A stretch of DNA of 28,177 nucleotides from Archangiaceae bacterium (GTDB lineage: Bacteria; Myxococcota; Myxococcia; Myxococcales; Myxococcaceae): contig JAYVCD010000337.1 in assembly GCA_043750125.1 (NCBI GenBank), forward strand, positions 1 to 28,177, read 5' to 3'. The notes under the pieces are model-generated. The model was given only the letters and a program-made list of their open reading frames with translations, was not told the DNA's origin and ran no database searches. Position numbers and translations under genes: made by a program. Positions 18,452 through 27,448 of the stretch are shown in pieces; the stretch's first letter is position 1, and every line of letters begins with the position of its first letter.

Positions 18452-18975
18452 TTAAAGCGGTCCGAACGACTTCAGCGCGTCGTAGGTCGCGTACTTGTAG
18501 ACCTCGGACAGCGTCGGGTAGTTGAAGCAGGCCTGAATGAAGAGGTCGGCGGTGGCTTCCATCAGCATCGCCGTCAGCCCGATGTGAATGAGCTCCGTCG
18601 CTCCTTCGCCGATCAGGTGCACCCCCAGCAGCTTCTGAGTGTGCACAGACCGCCCCGACTGAAGCTTCAGGGCCACCCCGTCGCCTTCGCCAGTCCACCT
18701 GCACCGTGTGGGAATCGACGAACGACGCCTCGCCGAGCAGTCGGGTGACCTGATGGCGCGCGAGGTTCGCGTCGATGCGCTCGTGCTCGGCGCTCACCAC
18801 CACGCTCGAGCGATGGAGCAGATCCCCAAGCCTCGCTTCCCGATTGAGCGACAAGTCCACCCCGTGCAAGCCGCGCTGGCGAAAGCCCGAGAGGTACAGC
18901 GCCGTCTCGCGCCGCGCCCTTCTCGCCCGCCGGGCCGCTTCCAATCACCAGCAGGTCGAAGTGGGCATCAGCCAT
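18452..18975 (-). pseudogene. sthA: Soluble pyridine-nucleotide transhydrogenase relic with internal deletions and frameshifts
   Basis: Colinear blocks DLLVIGSGPAGEKGAA / RETALYLSG...FVDSHTVQV / GDGVALKLQSGRSV / LLGVHLIGEGATELIHIG...FNYPTLSEVYKYA in 524 bp, against about 1.4 kb for an intact gene. Confidence 0.85.
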
Positions 18976-19020
18976 GGGGACCGCTATCTTCGCCGCTCTT
19001 CTGTCTGCGGAGGCAGCTTG

Positions 19021-20298
19021 ATGGTTCGCCGGTCGGTGCTGTGGGTCGTTCTGGCAGTGGCGGGCACCGCGTCGGCCGGCCGGATCAAGGTGATCGCGTT
19101 CACCAACCTGCCCCAGACTGCGCCCGGCCTGACCAAGCTGCTCAAGACTTCAAGAGACTCACGCTCGCGCACCCTCGCCACGCTTTCGCTCGACTCGATG
19201 CTGCGCGAGCGCGGACATGAGCTGGTCGAGGCCGCCGAAGTGGACCAGGTGCTCGGCGAGGTGCTCAAGGGCTTGTTCAACAACATGGTGGCCGACACCT
19301 ACGTCTTCACCTGGGACAAGGACAGCTTCGGGCCGCGCGGAGACATCGTCTGCAAAGAAAAGGCGCTCGTCTTTCCGGGGCGGGTCAGCCCTTCGTTCGA
19401 GCGGAAATACACCGTGAAGGTCAAAGGCAAACGCGTCGACCGCGGCTACCTCGGCCAGGAATGCACGCTCACCGTCACCGCCGCCAGGACTGAAGACGAG
19501 TGGCACCAGTGGACGGGCTCGAAGGGTTGGGGGCTCAACCCCCACGCGGTGTACGTCAATGACAACGTCGCGCGGATCGCCGTCACCCTCTACTCGGCGG
19601 GCACCGCCGCGACGCCCACCCCGAAGGCCGAACGGCCGATCTACGTCGGGTTCGCTTCCCGCGAGAAAGACGACGGCGAATGGAAGCTGCTGTCGATCGA
19701 GCCACCGACCTCGCTCGACTACCGGAAGCAAGAGAGCAACGCGTTTCCGGCAGACACCAAGGCCAGCGAAGCCGAGAAGAAGACCCGGGTCGCGTTCTGG
19801 ATGGAAGCGGTGCGGGTTCTAAACCCGGCTCGCGAGAGCTTCATCGGAAACGAGCAAACGCTGTTTTCGATGGCGGGCTCGGGCGCCGACGCGCTCGACG
19901 GGAAAGACAAGTGGATGCTCGAACCGTTCCGGAAATCGGATTCTCCGGTGGTGCGCGCCTGCGCCGAGCTGAAGCTCTCGCGAATGGGAACTGCCACCAC
20001 GCCCGCGGCGCTGGCCGAGATGGTGACCCAGGTGCGCCACCCCGCGGTGCGAAACGAGCTGATCCTCGAGGCGCTTCGGTTGGTGGGTCCCCGCCTCGAT
20101 GCGGCCAAGCCCCCCAGCGAGGAAGACAAGGCGACGGTGTCCGCGCTGCTCTCGCCCAACCCGAAGGATCCGGTCAAGATTCGAGAGCTGCGGCTCGAGG
20201 GCGACTGGGCCCATGTCCGCGTCCTCAGCCAGAAGGTCGATGGCTACCTGCTGAAGAAATTTGCCGACGGTTGGCAGGTTCTCGGGCCGACCCGCTAG
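19021..20298 (+). CDS. Secreted hypothetical protein
   Basis: Signal peptide MVRRSVLWVVLAVAGTASA from ATG 19021, with GGAGG upstream. Host-like codon usage. Confidence 0.8.
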   Translation: MVRRSVLWVVLAVAGTASAGRIKVIAFTNLPQTAPGLTKLLKTSRDSRSRTLATLSLDSMLRERGHELVEAAEVDQVLGEVLKGLFNNMVADTYVFTWDKDSFGPRGDIVCKEKALVFPGRVSPSFERKYTVKVKGKRVDRGYLGQECTLTVTAARTEDEWHQWTGSKGWGLNPHAVYVNDNVARIAVTLYSAGTAATPTPKAERPIYVGFASREKDDGEWKLLSIEPPTSLDYRKQESNAFPADTKASEAEKKTRVAFWMEAVRVLNPARESFIGNEQTLFSMAGSGADALDGKDKWMLEPFRKSDSPVVRACAELKLSRMGTATTPAALAEMVTQVRHPAVRNELILEALRLVGPRLDAAKPPSEEDKATVSALLSPNPKDPVKIRELRLEGDWAHVRVLSQKVDGYLLKKFADGWQVLGPTR

Positions 20299-20302
20299 AG
20301 AA

Positions 20303-21715
20303 TCATTCGGTCGGTTTCTTCAGCGTCCACACCAGCTGACCGCGGACCAGGCTCGCCACCTCGGTGTCCGCGTATCCGACCATCGATTCGCTCGCCAGCA
20401 GCAGCGGGCCTCCTTCGGCGCTCGCCGCCAGCACCCCCGCCAGCTCGGGAACAGCGAGCACGTCCATCAGCGGAACCTGAGACATCGCGCGCGCGAGCCG
20501 CTGGGGATCCACCGCGAACTCCGCGCCATGGGGCTGCTTGCCGGCCGTCGGGGGCACTGCCTTCACCGCGGCCTCGAGCACCGCCCGATCGTTGCTAAAA
20601 TAGAAGTGATTGCCGCGGACCCCGAGGCTCACCTCTCCTTCACGCAGCTGCAGTGAGTAGCCTTCCCCGTCCTCGAGCGGCCTGGCGCCCTTCAACTGGG
20701 CGAGATTTTCCAGCGCCTCGCGGGCGGCCTTCGGGTCGGATGCCTCGGCGAGCATCGTCATCTGCGCTGCGAAGAAGCGCCCGGCGAAGGTTCGCAAGGT
20801 GCCCTTCACTTTTACCTGCTGCACCAGGACCAGCGCGTTGCCCGACAGTGTCGACCCCAACGCGGTGGCGGTGTCGGTCAACATCGCGCGATCGCAGGTG
20901 GGGCACAGCTGGCCGAGCATCCCCAGGATCTGGGCGAGCACCAGCCCGACTTGCGAAGGCTCGACCCGAATGCGGGCACCCAACAGCCCGTCCAGCGAAG
21001 CGCCCGCGTAGGGGCTGGGCCCCGCGCCCGCGAGCTTGGCCACCGGGTAGCGGCTCGACTTGAATTCCTGGGTCAAGACCAGGCCGTTTCCCTTCACTCC
21101 GACGACGCCCGACCCGGAGACGAACACCGCCTGGCCCGGAAGTGCCTGGGCGGACTTCCACATCGCGGCCACCGGAAGTTTTCCCAACACCTTTCCCAGC
21201 TCGAGCAGCGGCTTCTCGACGGTGTTGCCGCCTCCGCCGACTGCGCACGATTCTTTTCCTTTCAGCACGTAGCCCGCGAGCACCCGCCCGAGGCTGTCTT
21301 TGGCGCCGACCACCGTGACCCCGTCGACCTCTTTGCGCCAGGGCACCCCCAGGGTCTTCAGGCGTTCCGCGCAGGCGGCCTCGTACTTCTTCACGTCGCC
21401 GAGGCTGACGCAGGAAAAAGAGAGGTCGGCCCGGTAGGACAGGGTGCCTGAGCCGAGCGGGTCGAGCCCCGAGTCGAGCAACGATTCGCGGCGGGTCACA
21501 TCGAGCCGCAACAACGGATGCACTTCGTTGCGCCAGCCTTCGCGGCGCAGCAACCCGGCGCGCTGGGCCGCCGCGTCGAGGAATGGAATCATCTGCGCCG
21601 CGTCGTCGAGCCTGGGCACGAAGAAGGCGAACTCGATGTCCGCCGGAGCGCGGGGCCCCTTCGCAGATGCGGGAACCGCCGCCAGCAACAACGACATCCA
21701 GAGCGCTCTGATCAC
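20303..21715 (-). CDS. Secreted hypothetical protein
   Basis: Signal peptide (MIRALWMSLLLAAVPASA). 470-aa open frame with typical codon bias. Confidence 0.8.
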   Translation of the reverse strand: MIRALWMSLLLAAVPASAKGPRAPADIEFAFFVPRLDDAAQMIPFLDAAAQRAGLLRREGWRNEVHPLLRLDVTRRESLLDSGLDPLGSGTLSYRADLSFSCVSLGDVKKYEAACAERLKTLGVPWRKEVDGVTVVGAKDSLGRVLAGYVLKGKESCAVGGGGNTVEKPLLELGKVLGKLPVAAMWKSAQALPGQAVFVSGSGVVGVKGNGLVLTQEFKSSRYPVAKLAGAGPSPYAGASLDGLLGARIRVEPSQVGLVLAQILGMLGQLCPTCDRAMLTDTATALGSTLSGNALVLVQQVKVKGTLRTFAGRFFAAQMTMLAEASDPKAAREALENLAQLKGARPLEDGEGYSLQLREGEVSLGVRGNHFYFSNDRAVLEAAVKAVPPTAGKQPHGAEFAVDPQRLARAMSQVPLMDVLAVPELAGVLAASAEGGPLLLASESMVGYADTEVASLVRGQLVWTLKKPTE

Positions 21716-21806
21716 GCCGATCGCTCTAGCTCATCCCGACCCGATTTATCGCCCGTTGCAGCCCGCACCCTGTTGTAGGTTCCCCAGCCCAAAACGGAAG
21801 GTGCAC

Positions 21807-22316
21807 GTGGCGTTCAAGCTTCAGAAGTTGAAGGGCGGGTTCTTCAAGATCATCGGCCTCGAGGCGTTCTTGCAGCGCAGGCTCGAGACGATGCAGCGCA
21901 GCTCGCGGTTGGGCCCCCCCCGGGAAAATGTCGCGCGCAAGCAGCTCGTCTCGGTGCGCACCGCCCGCATCGCCGGGCCGAGTGCTCCGTCCGCGCTCGA
22001 TGTGTTGGTTGCCGCCCTCGAAGCCCACCCCCGCCGCATCGACCTCGTCAAAGCCGGCAAGCAGAAAGACCAGCTGCTCCGGTCGCTGATTCCGCTCTAC
22101 CTCGTCCGCAGCGGTACCGGCATCAGCTCGGGCGTCACCTCGAAGTTCTGGCAGGCGCACGGGCTGAAGTACGCCGCACCCAACGCGGCGAAGGCGCTGC
22201 GCGAGCACAAGGGTTACTCCAAGACCGCCAAGGGCGGCCGTCAGATCACCGCCGCCGGGATCAAGTACGTCGAGGCCCAGCTCAAGGCGCTCAAGCCGGG
22301 CCGCGACGCTGCGTAG
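21807..22316 (+). CDS. Basic hypothetical protein, possible C-terminal winged-helix DNA-binding domain
   Basis: GTG 21807 follows GGAAGG. Lys/Arg-rich, with strong GC3 bias in the 3' half. The C-terminal ...GRQITAAGIKYVE resembles a wHTH wing/last helix (inference). Confidence 0.7.
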   Translation: MAFKLQKLKGGFFKIIGLEAFLQRRLETMQRSSRLGPPRENVARKQLVSVRTARIAGPSAPSALDVLVAALEAHPRRIDLVKAGKQKDQLLRSLIPLYLVRSGTGISSGVTSKFWQAHGLKYAAPNAAKALREHKGYSKTAKGGRQITAAGIKYVEAQLKALKPGRDAA

Positions 22317-22772
22317 CCGAAGGTAGAAGCCCAGCGATCTTTCGGACAGGCATTCGCAGGATGCCTTCCATCACAGGCCCCGCGCCCAGACGCCGGCCCT
22401 GCGCGCCGCGAAGAAGTTCGTCTGTCCTGACACTCGAACGTGTGGCCAAGCGGCTCGAGTCGAAGGGCAGTGGGATTTCGGATGTCGGCGGCGGGATGCC
22501 CCCGGGCGAGGCCCACCTTTTCAGGCGCTCAATCGGAAGTCCGTGCACGTGCCCGGCGATTCAGGGCCGTTGTGTGCCCGTTTGCATTGAACGTGGGAAA
22601 CAGGTTCACCTACCTGCCCAAACAACCTTTTGAGTCGCCTCGCAGTGCCGTTTGGCGCGATGTGGTGTGGGTTACCCCCAGTGGTGAGGCTGACCGTCGA
22701 ACGCCGGTGGTGAATCAACACCAGTGGTGGTGAGCCACACCGGGTCGACGAGACGCAGCCCTGTTTCGGCGC

Positions 22773-22804
22773 CCAGCGGTCGAAACCAGCGGTCGAAACC
22801 AGCG
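22773..22804. repeat. 13-bp tandem duplication CCAGCGGTCGAAA, 2.5 copies
   Basis: Exact copies at 22773 and 22786, with a partial copy at 22799. Confidence 0.85.
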
Positions 22805-23063
22805 CATTCGACGCTTGCTCGCGACCTTGGCCTTCTCACCACAGCAGGGTGTGGTCAAAGGGACAGGGTCACTGAAAAAGGCACTACCCTCGGGGCCAAC
22901 GCAGGGAAGAGCTTCGGGTCAGGCACGTCGGCGGTTCGGCCTCGGTGGAGCGCACTGAGCCTGTACTTTCCCAAAAAGGCCTTTGATTCCTGAAGCCACG
23001 GAACCCGCCTGCTTTCCCTGCCCGCGAGACGCGTGCGCGCCAGACCCGCAGATCCGCGCGGCC

Positions 23064-24360
23064 TCACCGAGCGACGACCTGCTTCGACTGCGCCATCGCG
23101 GCGCGCATTTTCGCCAGTCGAAAACCAGGCTGTTTCTTCGCGAGAGCCTCGAACGCGGCCTGTGCCTGCTCCCACTTGCGGCTCTCGTACAGCTCGAGCG
23201 CCGCGCCATATTCGGCAGCCGTGTCGAATGACAGCGTCGCCGACGGCTTGCGCCCGCCCGTTTCACTCTTGCGCTGCAGGCCCTTCAACACCGGACCCAG
23301 CAGCGCATCGACGTCGAGCACCCCCAGGTTGAACGGCGCCGAAAAGGTCACCAAAAGTAAAGGACTTGAGGTACCACCGCCGAGCCCGGTCGCAGTCGGC
23401 GTGCTCGGCCGCGCTTCGCGCCAGCATCCGGTAGAAGTTGCCCACCTCGTAGTCCGTTCCGTTCCTCAGCCCACAGGCCTTCTCGAACTGCTGCTCGATC
23501 TCATCGAGACCCGGCAGCCCCTTCCCGCCGCAATCGGTAGCTGATCTCGGAGCCCACCGCGTGGAAGCCCTCGCAAGTGCGCAGCGACGCCTCGAACTTC
23601 TCTCTCTCGGCGTGGGTGTGCTCGTGCTTGCCCCCGATGATCTGCTGAATCTTTTCTTCCGGCGCGTCGCGCCTCGGCAGAGGTAGGCAGCAGGTCGAGC
23701 ACCTTCTGGTACGCGGCGGCCGCGTCTCGGTCGGCGCCTTGTTCCATTCCGCTTCTGCCGCGCGCGCGGCTTCTTCCACGGTCTGCAGTGCGCTCATGTT
23801 CTGCGGAATCGAGCACTCCCGGCTGTGGCGCGACGTTGAAGCCGTCCCCATCGGTGAGCCGGCCCAGCAGCACGAAGTCCGTCAGCTCGACCGTCGCCGC
23901 GCTCGCATTGAAAGTTGACGCTCGAGCTGTCGAAGAAGCGCGCGTCGCGAAACAGCTCGGCCAACCCCAGCTGCCTCAGGTCAGCCGAGGCGTAGGCTTC
24001 GAGCTGTCCCATTTCTTCAATCAGCAGCCGCTGGTTGGCGAGCCAGCTGCGCATCACGTTCAGCGCCCGGGGGGCCCGCTTGTTGACCTCGAGCACGGCG
24101 CCGCTGATCAGGTCTTTCTTGCGCTCTTCGAACTGCTCGAGGCTCTTCAGCAGCGCTTGTTTCTTTTCGCGGGCCATCGCGAAGGTCGGTGATTTGGACA
24201 CCAGCGCGGTCATTGCCTTTTGCGCTTCCTCGACCTTCCCCTGGTCCGACAAATCGATCGCCCGGGAATACGCGACCAGCGCATCGAGACTCGGCACCTT
24301 CGCTCGCCGACGTTCGGTCGAACCTCTGAGCTTCACCTCAATGGCCGCGGTGAGAACCAA
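23064..24360 (-). pseudogene. Fragmented helical-repeat (TPR-like) protein gene(s), 5' end missing
   Basis: Protein-like blocks in alternating frames: AYSRAIDLSDQGKVEEAQKAM..., AAAAYQKVLDLLP, CDRARRWYLK, YGAALELYESRKWEQAQAAFEAL. About six frame switches, and no start or signal peptide. Confidence 0.7.
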
Positions 24361-24431
24361 GCGGTATTGCTGCGCACACCCATTTGTCCCTCGCTTGCGC
24401 CGGCAGAGCGGGCGAAAGTCCCGCCCACGCA

Positions 24432-26711
24432 ATGCCCCCACCCGTTCGACTGAAAGTCGCGGAGGCCGTGGCAGTCGCGCTGCTCTCCTCTTTTCCATTC
24501 TGCGCCCTCGCCGAGGAAGCGCCTGACGCAGGCCCGACGCCCGACGAGGCCGGCCTCGAGCGCCTGCTCGCCGAGCCGGTGATCACCGCTGCTTCGCGCA
24601 CCGCCGAGAGCACCAGCGACGCGCCGGGGACGACGTGGACCATCAGCGGCACCGACCTCAAGCGCTTCGGGATCCAGTCGGTGGAAGAGGCCATTCGGTT
24701 TCTCGGGCACGGAATGACGAGCTACGAATATGACGATCGGCTCAACGCGGCCTTCGGGGCGCGCGGCTATCTGTCCGACAACATCGGGCTCCACATCGCG
24801 GTGTTGATCGACGGGAACCAGGCGGGAGGCAGCGCGAAGACCGCGCGCGGCACCCAGCAATACATGATGCCGATCGAGCTGGTGGACCACATCGAGATCG
24901 TCCTTGGGCCCGGGTCGGTGGTCTACGGGAACAGCGCGATGTTGGGAGTCATCAACGTCGTCACTCTCGCCGGCCGGTCGATCGACGGAACCCACTTCGT
25001 CGCCCAGGTCAGCGGGGGCACCCCGGGCGACCGCTGGGCGAAGGACGTTTCCTGGGGCGAGGCGTGGGGCAGAGCGGCGGTGTACGCCGGGGCGCGGTTC
25101 GAGCTCGGAGGAGATCCGCTCGACCTCGCCTGGCACTTCGCGTTTCGATGGGACCGTCAGCAGGGCAGATCGATCTGGCGCCCCGTCAGTGGCGCTGACA
25201 TGTACGCCGACCCGTTCGCCGGTTACGAGCGCGAAGACGCCTTCAATCGAGATCTCCACACCCGGCTGTTCGCCCGCGCGACCTGGGGGAAGTGGACGCT
25301 CCTCTCGTCGGTCGCGATTGGGCAGACCACCGGCACGGGTCCGATCGAAGCCAGCGGTGCCAGCAGCGCGTTCGAGCCCGAGTACATGCTCGATGCCACC
25401 TGGGCGAGCCACGTCGGACATCACGGCGATCTGTCGCTGCGCGCCTACGCGGTGGTCTTTGATTCCCAGGTGCTGCTCGTCCCCTCGAAGAACGACGAGC
25501 AGCACTGCCTGAGCACGGTGGGCGTCAGCCGATGCTTCGACACGCTCCACTACGTGAACTTTCGGCCGTTTTTCGAGCCGATCTTCACCTGGGACTGGAA
25601 CCAGGACGGAACCCACGTCACCATGCTGGGGGGCCAGCTGTTCATCGATGGCAGCGTGATCACGTCGGGCGCCACCTCGGTCGACGGCTCGAAGAACGAC
25701 TACGAGGAGCCCATCGTGGCGCCGCTGCCCAACGCGGCGCTCTACGCTCAGCACATCTGGCGGGCGCGGCTGGGCACTCTGAATGTCGGCTTGCGATACG
25801 ACGTGGGGTTCCTCGGCTGGGCCCTTTCCCCCCGCGTCGCCTACAGCACCAGCCTGTGGACCAACGGCACGGTGAAGGCCGTCTTCTCGACCGGCTTTCG
25901 GACTCCGAGCATCACCGAGCGCTTCCTCGAGATTGAAAACTTCCTTACCTCGAACCCCGACATCAAGCCCGAGCGCGTCTACTCGGCCGAGTTCGACCTG
26001 GCCCAGCGGCTGGGGCTGCAGAGCCTGCAGATCGCGATCTTCGCCTCGCTGTGGGACGGGCTGATCACCACCCGCAGCGTGATCGTGAACGGCCAGCGGC
26101 TTTCCCAGTTCGCCAACCTGCGCAGCGTCTGGAGCGCCGGGGTCAACCTCGGCTGGCAGGCAAGCTCAGGGCCGGTGGAATACGCCTTGTCGGCGAACTA
26201 TGCGCCGGGCCGGGTTCGACTGCCTCCCGACATCGCCCAGTCAACCGATCAGCAGCTGGCCGACGCGAGGATCAACCGCGCCGCGCTCAGCCGTTATGGC
26301 TCGACGGCCTTCAGCTCGGTCTTCCTCCCCGCCGACGGGATGCCGGACTTCTACGCGACGGGGCGATTGTCCTATTCGTTTGGAGAGGCTCGCCCGCGGC
26401 TTTCGGTGGCGGCCAACCTCAACTCGCCCCGGATGAGGGTCAATTATGCCGGTGAGATTTTTCTGCTCGATGCCCGCAACCTCGACGGGCCATTGTTGCC
26501 CTGGTCGATTGACGTCCGAGGGGCGGCCGAAACCCGACTGACCGAGCGCATCGGGGTGCGCCTCACGTTCACCGCGCGATCGCTGGGCACCGTGCCGACC
26601 TCGGTGCGGGTCGGAGACAGCACCGCTCCGCTGCCTTCTGGAGGGATCGGCGCTTCGACCAACCCCGTCGCGCCGCTGAGCGCGATGGCCGAGCTCAACG
26701 TGCGGCTCTGA
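24432..26711 (+). CDS. TonB-dependent receptor (plug + beta-barrel)
   Basis: Signal peptide, LERLL...VITAASR, VLIDG and the IEIVLGPGSVVYG..A..GVINVVT plug motif. Barrel motifs GLRYD, SPRVA, GFRTPS and NPDIKPE. Confidence 0.9.
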   Translation: MPPPVRLKVAEAVAVALLSSFPFCALAEEAPDAGPTPDEAGLERLLAEPVITAASRTAESTSDAPGTTWTISGTDLKRFGIQSVEEAIRFLGHGMTSYEYDDRLNAAFGARGYLSDNIGLHIAVLIDGNQAGGSAKTARGTQQYMMPIELVDHIEIVLGPGSVVYGNSAMLGVINVVTLAGRSIDGTHFVAQVSGGTPGDRWAKDVSWGEAWGRAAVYAGARFELGGDPLDLAWHFAFRWDRQQGRSIWRPVSGADMYADPFAGYEREDAFNRDLHTRLFARATWGKWTLLSSVAIGQTTGTGPIEASGASSAFEPEYMLDATWASHVGHHGDLSLRAYAVVFDSQVLLVPSKNDEQHCLSTVGVSRCFDTLHYVNFRPFFEPIFTWDWNQDGTHVTMLGGQLFIDGSVITSGATSVDGSKNDYEEPIVAPLPNAALYAQHIWRARLGTLNVGLRYDVGFLGWALSPRVAYSTSLWTNGTVKAVFSTGFRTPSITERFLEIENFLTSNPDIKPERVYSAEFDLAQRLGLQSLQIAIFASLWDGLITTRSVIVNGQRLSQFANLRSVWSAGVNLGWQASSGPVEYALSANYAPGRVRLPPDIAQSTDQQLADARINRAALSRYGSTAFSSVFLPADGMPDFYATGRLSYSFGEARPRLSVAANLNSPRMRVNYAGEIFLLDARNLDGPLLPWSIDVRGAAETRLTERIGVRLTFTARSLGTVPTSVRVGDSTAPLPSGGIGASTNPVAPLSAMAELNVRL

Positions 26712-26713
26712 AC

Positions 26714-27283
26714 ATGCGCCTGCCTCGGCTCTCACTGCCGCTGGTCGCGATGGGGCTCTGGGCGTCGGGCGCGTTTGCTGACGAGCTGCCCGTCAACCTT
26801 CAGGTGCAGCTGCTGTCGAAGCTGTCGACCTACGTGGCGAACTTCGGCCCGGCCGATTCGACGACGGTGAAGATCCTCGTCGTCTACCCCGATTCGAAAG
26901 AGGGCCCTTCGCGCGGGGCCCAGGCGCTCGCGACCGCGCTGACTGCCGTGGGGAAGCTCGGGCAATTCACCGCCCAACCGAAGTTGGTCGCGGCGTGCGA
27001 CGCGAAGAAGTTTCAGGCGCTGGTTGCGGCAGAGAAGCCGCAAGCGATCTACCTGGCGCCCGAGCTCGACGAGAAGGCGACCGCCGAGATCATCGAGGCC
27101 GCGGCGAGCGGAACGGTGTTGACGATCTCCGGCCTCGAGGCGCACGTGCGGCGCGGCGTGGTGCTCGGCTTCTCGCTCGTCGAGGCCCGCCCCCGCGTGC
27201 TGATCAACCTGAAGCAGGCGCAAAAGCAGAGCGTCGTCTTTCTCAGCGGGCTGGTCTCCCACTCGTTGGTCGTCGATCGCTGA
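26714..27283 (+). CDS. YfiR/HmsC-family periplasmic protein
   Basis: Signal peptide, then VLTIS...G..LGF.L...RPRVLINL.QA....V.F...L, typical of YfiR/DUF4154. Lies 2 bp after the TBDR. Confidence 0.8.
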   Translation: MRLPRLSLPLVAMGLWASGAFADELPVNLQVQLLSKLSTYVANFGPADSTTVKILVVYPDSKEGPSRGAQALATALTAVGKLGQFTAQPKLVAACDAKKFQALVAAEKPQAIYLAPELDEKATAEIIEAAASGTVLTISGLEAHVRRGVVLGFSLVEARPRVLINLKQAQKQSVVFLSGLVSHSLVVDR

Positions 27284-27448
27284 AAAAACGCCCACTGCTG
27301 CGTCTGCAGGAAGCTCGACGGTCATCGCGTTCATCGTTCGAAGGTTTCCGAAAAGCCACGTACCGCTTCAAGCCGCGCGCCCGTTCGAGCTCGACGCGCG
27401 GTCATTCGAAGAGACGTTCACCGCGGGTGGAGGCAAACGCGAGCCGAC

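Noticed and set aside
22678..22804. Short repeats as a mini-CRISPR or iteron origin
   Set aside because: Units are too short, few and irregular, with no cas or rep gene nearby.
15337..24360. Frameshifts as a general long-read error signature
   Set aside because: Lesions are confined to three loci while neighbouring 1-2 kb genes are fully intact. Read-level confirmation is still needed.
24333..25754. 473-aa - strand ORF
   Set aside because: Antisense shadow of the TonB-dependent receptor.
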